This document shows positions 60,064 through 64,000 of a DNA stretch of 64,000 bases, piece by piece. The notes below the pieces were generated by a model that was given only the letters and a program-made list of their open reading frames with translations, was not told where the DNA came from and made no database searches. Positions within the stretch are counted from its first letter, which is position 1; every line of letters begins with the position of its first letter. Position numbers and translations under genes: made by a program. The stretch covers positions 70,170 to 134,169 of the forward strand of contig CANRJM010000004.1 of the NCBI GenBank assembly GCA_947630925.1, written 5' to 3'. Origin of the DNA: an uncultured Lachnospiraceae bacterium. GTDB lineage: Bacteria; Bacillota; Clostridia; Lachnospirales; Lachnospiraceae.

Positions 60064-60104
60064 AAAAAAAAAGAGTCATACTCTGTCCTTCGACAAAGTA
60101 TGAC
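60064..60104 (-). terminator. Intrinsic terminator of the LtaS operon
   Basis: GTCATACTTTGTC pairs with GACAGAGTATGAC (one mismatch, 4-nt loop), followed by T9 on the minus strand. Confidence 0.78.
60089..60095 (-). promoter_or_regulatory. Consensus Spo0A box (TGTCGAA)
   Basis: An exact 7-mer TGTCGAA on the minus strand, 35 nt upstream of the -35 element and inside the terminator hairpin. Confidence 0.4.
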
Positions 60105-60124
60105 ACTTCTGCTTCTCATGATTT

Positions 60125-62185
60125 TTATTTGGCAAGAGACGTATTCTCCCACTTTACTACTTCACTTTCACTTAAAACCGTTCCTCCATCCGTCTTCATC
60201 TTAACAAAGAACGCATTGGGAATACTTTCTTTTTTTACCACGGTACCCTGCGGGACCGGCGTAGCCTGCGCCGCCTGTGCGGCTGCCTCTGCATCATATT
60301 CGATCGCTTCTGTAATCTGGAGATGGCTTTCGTCTACCCACTCTGCATCAATCTCCTTTCCATTAAACAAAATATGGCAGTATGGTGTAAAACCAACACC
60401 GGACACAAGATATCCTTTCTCATTTTTTACGACGTCCGTAATAGAGAGCGCGCCGGTTCCCATATGAAGGTTCGTCATCTGATATGGTTTATTGCCCTGA
60501 TAGGCAAAGTTGTCTCCATACAGCATATCATACTCTAACATTTTCAGATTTTCATGATATGTCTTAGTTTTCCACTCTGCACTCTGATGAAACTTTGTGA
60601 GATTTCCCTCATGAATCCCAAGACGATTTAAAACCTCTGGATAAAGCTGATAAGCGCTCAGATTTTCATCTTCTTTTGTAAGTCCCATATTATCCCATAT
60701 CACATACTGCGTCTGGTACAGATTGGTATCCTTTAAATCCTTCTTTTTAATATCCAGGCTTGGCAGATGATCCCCATATAGAACCAATACCGTCTTTTCC
60801 TGACGGCTGCTTAGCTGTGCCGTCAATTCGCCTATCATCTGATCGACCTCATATAACTGGTTAACATAATATGCGTAACTCTCTTCCATTCCCTCCGGCG
60901 CTTTCTTCACTTTTATCGGCGCATTTTTCCCCGCTTCAAAACCGGTATATTTTCCATGGCTCTGCACTGTGATTCCCAAAGTAAAATCAGCGCCCGCCGT
61001 ATTATTTAATGTATTTATGATTTCCTTTGTCAAAATTTTATCTTTTTTCCAACCATTGGGATTATCTTCCAGACCGTTCATGTATTCCATAGAAGTAAAA
61101 CTGTCAAATCCCAAATTTGAAAATACTTTATTTCTTCCATAAAAAGTACCTTCATTATTATGGACACAATGGCTGGTATAGCCCAGTTTTTTCAAATCAT
61201 AGCAGATACTTTCCGCCGTCGTATCCCGAAGGACCGTCTTATACGGATACTCCGAAGTCCCGAAGTCCTTCTGGCTCATACCTGTCAGCACTTCAAACTC
61301 CGTATTGACAGTTCCCGCGCCAATCGTCGGCACGGTCAAAAGACCATGTGAAAAATTCTGCTGCAGCTTATGGAAATTAGGAAGCGCATCCTGCGAAAGC
61401 TTCAACGATTTTAACGTATTCACATCAAAAAAGGATTCCAACTGAACAAAAATGATATTGGGTTTAACAGCCGCTGTTGTATTTCCACCGGATATTCCGG
61501 ACAAAATCTTCTGCACATTTTCCTGCGAATAGTCTGCCGGTTTTGAAATGCCCGTATCGATGATACTGTTTGTAAAACAATAGACAAAACCATAATTTTC
61601 ATATGCTTCTGAAATATTGGTATAGTTATTCGACAACGCCTGTACGGAATTGCTTTTATTTCTCAGGAAAAAGATAGCCATTGAAATCAATGCCACGCAT
61701 ATTCCCGCCATAATCAACTTCTTCTGCGTGGTATGGGAATGCTTTGGCGCCTTGCGGTACAGACAGATCATACTAACCAGTACTAAGATGACTGCCACAA
61801 TAATCATTGCAATATTCTGCGCATTCAGATAATGTCCCGAAACGCTGATTGCGCTTTCCAATAATGTGATATCCACTGCTGAAAACGGAGTGACCCGGAA
61901 ACTGAGAATAATGAAATTCACAATCCCAAAAATCAGCCAAACGGCTGAAATAACCGTAAAGACAAAAATCTCCCGCTTAAAAAACAGCGCCACTGATACT
62001 GTCAGCATAATAATCAGGGTATTAAAGATAAAAAGCGACGGCCACTCAATCATATACTGAAATCCTGCAGTAATTGACTTGTGATTTAATGATTCAATGA
62101 TTAACTCCAAAACAATCGGTATCCCCACATACCGGAATATATGCTGAAGCAGCTTATTCCATTTTTCTTTTTTTTCAGATTTCAT
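60125..62185 (-). CDS. LTA synthase family protein (membrane sulfatase-fold, LtaS-like) with a C-terminal extension
   Basis: 686 aa. Five N-terminal TM helices, then a sulfatase-type domain (IIFVQLESF..., TVPTIGAGTVNTEFEVLTG, VLYGDHLP). Confidence 0.83.
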   Translation of the reverse strand: MKSEKKEKWNKLLQHIFRYVGIPIVLELIIESLNHKSITAGFQYMIEWPSLFIFNTLIIMLTVSVALFFKREIFVFTVISAVWLIFGIVNFIILSFRVTPFSAVDITLLESAISVSGHYLNAQNIAMIIVAVILVLVSMICLYRKAPKHSHTTQKKLIMAGICVALISMAIFFLRNKSNSVQALSNNYTNISEAYENYGFVYCFTNSIIDTGISKPADYSQENVQKILSGISGGNTTAAVKPNIIFVQLESFFDVNTLKSLKLSQDALPNFHKLQQNFSHGLLTVPTIGAGTVNTEFEVLTGMSQKDFGTSEYPYKTVLRDTTAESICYDLKKLGYTSHCVHNNEGTFYGRNKVFSNLGFDSFTSMEYMNGLEDNPNGWKKDKILTKEIINTLNNTAGADFTLGITVQSHGKYTGFEAGKNAPIKVKKAPEGMEESYAYYVNQLYEVDQMIGELTAQLSSRQEKTVLVLYGDHLPSLDIKKKDLKDTNLYQTQYVIWDNMGLTKEDENLSAYQLYPEVLNRLGIHEGNLTKFHQSAEWKTKTYHENLKMLEYDMLYGDNFAYQGNKPYQMTNLHMGTGALSITDVVKNEKGYLVSGVGFTPYCHILFNGKEIDAEWVDESHLQITEAIEYDAEAAAQAAQATPVPQGTVVKKESIPNAFFVKMKTDGGTVLSESEVVKWENTSLAK

Positions 62186-62213
62186 ATGTTTCCCTCTCTG
62201 GTTCCTGATTTGC

Positions 62214-63836
62214 TTATTTTATCACCTTGACCAAAACCTGTTTCGTTGCTGTGTGTTTCTGGCTGTCTGTTACCCTGAAGACTACCTGATAAACCAAAGT
62301 ACCGTTTTCATTCAATGTAACAATCTCTATCTGATCGGTAAGATTCTTATTGTCATATGTTTTTGCTGTAATACCGGCATTGCTTAACAAATATGCTCTT
62401 AGTTTATTCTCCAGCCAGTTTTGGGACATATCATCCGTATACCCAAGTTCCTCGGCAGAGATATCCAGCGTAGAAGGCCCCGTAATTGTTACAAATTCGG
62501 TTGGAATAATATAAATCTTAACCGTTGTCTGATTGCCCGCCTGATCTTTCAGTTTATATATGATCTGATATCTTGCACCATTGTCTAATTTGGTAATCGT
62601 GATTGAAACGTTCTGTACCTTAACCGCTGTATAATTATCAGATACACTTTTGATCAATCCTTTTGCATATGTTTTATTTACCTTGACAGACTGCTCAACC
62701 CGGTATGTCGCATGATTGGAAATTCCATTGATAACAGGAGCTTTCTTATCAATATATGCTTTTGCGGTTGCTACGGCTGCTATGCTTGCATTCTGTACCG
62801 TATATGTAATCTTATATACGTTTTTCTTTATCTTTTTCTTTGTAACCTTAATGTATTTAGACGCCAGCTTTTTCCCTGCCTGTGTCGCCGTAACTGACTT
62901 TAACATCAATTTCTTTGTCAGCTTGCCTTTAGAAGTCACATACAGATTCTTCACTCCTGAAATTGTCGGTTTTTCTTTGGAAGGAGTCACTTTAACCGTA
63001 ATGTTAGCTCTTGCCTTACGTCCAATTTCATCCGTCAGCATATAGGTTACCTTATACTTGCCGGGTTTTTTCGTATTGATCTTCGCTACTTTCTTTCCTT
63101 TATATGTAATCTTTGTTTTTACCAGCGCTTTTGCATCAAACCCCGTTGTATTTTTTGCTTTGATGCCTTTCATAATATGATAAGAAGAATTATAGGCAAT
63201 CACAAGATTTTTAGCGCCTGTAATAACCGGTTTCTTTTTATTCCATGGATTTCCCGGATTTCCGGTATCGGTAGGATCCCATCTACAGGTATAGGGCAGT
63301 TTGATTGCCTTTGGCTTTCCAAGCGGTCCCGGATTCTTTGCAGAATAAATCACAACCTTTGTACCGGAGGGCACGTGGTTATATATCCACTTTGCGCCGG
63401 CAACCGTCAGGCGAACGCAGCCATGGGAAGCTGTCGTACCCAGTTTATTGTAAGAAGAAATGGAGAGCGTCGCCGGGTTATTCTGACCGGTATACCATAC
63501 GGAATGGAACAATACGCCGCCATAAATCCGGGTGCAGTACTGTCCATAGCACGGTCCATCCAGTACATGCCAACGCATCTTCTCTCCCAACGAATACGTT
63601 CCCAGTTTTGTCGCATAGCCTGTTGAACAAACCAATGCCTTTATCGGTTTATAACCATTCTTTTTCTGTCGATATATCGTTACACAATTGGCCTGCTTAT
63701 TAATCCTGATCATATAACCGGAAGAAGCATCCGCCATACTCTGGCGGCAGAATACCCCTGCCATGATCCCAAAACTCAAAATAAAAAAAATGCGGATCAA
63801 ATGATACTTCTTTTTCGGTAAAATCCCCTGTTCCAT
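62214..63836 (-). CDS. L,D-transpeptidase (YkuD) with C-terminal Ig-like repeats
   Basis: 540 aa with a signal peptide. The catalytic motif is SHGCVRL. It is followed by four to five repeats of about 80 aa (KPVITGAKN..., KPTISGVKN..., KAPVINGISN...). Confidence 0.85.
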   Translation of the reverse strand: MEQGILPKKKYHLIRIFFILSFGIMAGVFCRQSMADASSGYMIRINKQANCVTIYRQKKNGYKPIKALVCSTGYATKLGTYSLGEKMRWHVLDGPCYGQYCTRIYGGVLFHSVWYTGQNNPATLSISSYNKLGTTASHGCVRLTVAGAKWIYNHVPSGTKVVIYSAKNPGPLGKPKAIKLPYTCRWDPTDTGNPGNPWNKKKPVITGAKNLVIAYNSSYHIMKGIKAKNTTGFDAKALVKTKITYKGKKVAKINTKKPGKYKVTYMLTDEIGRKARANITVKVTPSKEKPTISGVKNLYVTSKGKLTKKLMLKSVTATQAGKKLASKYIKVTKKKIKKNVYKITYTVQNASIAAVATAKAYIDKKAPVINGISNHATYRVEQSVKVNKTYAKGLIKSVSDNYTAVKVQNVSITITKLDNGARYQIIYKLKDQAGNQTTVKIYIIPTEFVTITGPSTLDISAEELGYTDDMSQNWLENKLRAYLLSNAGITAKTYDNKNLTDQIEIVTLNENGTLVYQVVFRVTDSQKHTATKQVLVKVIK

Positions 63837-63862
63837 TGTCTGCCTCCTATAATACCAAGATT

Positions 63863-64000
63863 TTATTCTGTCATATTTTTGTAGATTCTTGCTACCTTTT
63901 CTACCGGCCCCTTTGCCACCAAACGGCCGCTGTCTAAAATAATTGCCTGATTACAAAGTCTTAACACCTGTTCCAGTGAATGTGATACAAACATCACGGT
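63863..64000 (-). CDS. 3' end of an ABC transporter ATP-binding protein (TagH-like?), truncated by the window edge
   Basis: My own translation of the complement gives TVMFVSHSLEQVLRLCNQAIILDSGRLVAKGPVEKVARIYKNMTE*. The H-loop context (VSH) is present. Confidence 0.6.
   Translation of the reverse strand, partial: TVMFVSHSLEQVLRLCNQAIILDSGRLVAKGPVEKVARIYKNMTE

Overview
This window looks like a chromosomal segment of a spore-forming, flagellated Firmicute, probably a Lachnospiraceae-like member of the Clostridia. That taxonomic call rests on gene content and order only. I call 64 protein-coding genes, 62 of them on the minus strand.

Gene content in plus-strand coordinate order:
- 1-2.5 kb: spoIIP(?), gpr, rpsT and dCMP deaminase.
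- 2.5-7.4 kb: a 1327-aa secreted repeat/LRR protein and a membrane-anchored amidase.
- 7.4-15.5 kb: guaB, groES-groEL with a perfect CIRCE operator, a DUF2225-like gene with glnS, and a SleB-like hydrolase.
- 15.8-51.6 kb: a fla/che locus of about 35 kb. It runs flgB-flgC-fliE-F-G-H-I-J, fliK, flgD, flgE, flbD, motAB, fliL, fliM-Y-O-P-Q-R, flhB-A-F-G, a PilZ gene, cheB-A-W-C-D and fliA. Downstream of fliA sit FapA, three uncharacterised genes and a His6-type HisA gene.
- 51.8-59.9 kb: topA, dprA, comM/yifB, nrdR, ylmC, sigG, sigE and spoIIGA.
- 60.1-64 kb: an envelope operon of LtaS, an L,D-transpeptidase and the 3' end of an ABC ATPase.

I found no tRNA, rRNA, CRISPR array, transposase or integrase, and no recognisable defence island. 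I do not see a convincing novel multi-gene system.

The most interesting items are these:
- A roughly 200-nt nested or pseudoknot-capable leader upstream of the SleB-like hydrolase.
- A 30-bp perfect palindrome over the putative comM-dprA-topA promoter.
- Terminator-plus-promoter punctuation inside the flagellar locus, at fliL/fliM and at fliR/flhB.
- A spoIIG-type promoter with a 21-bp spacer and a consensus Spo0A box.
- Uncharacterised genes flanking fliA.

All family assignments come from motifs and synteny that I recognise by eye. No searches were run. Several start codons were re-picked from RBS context and may be off by a few codons.
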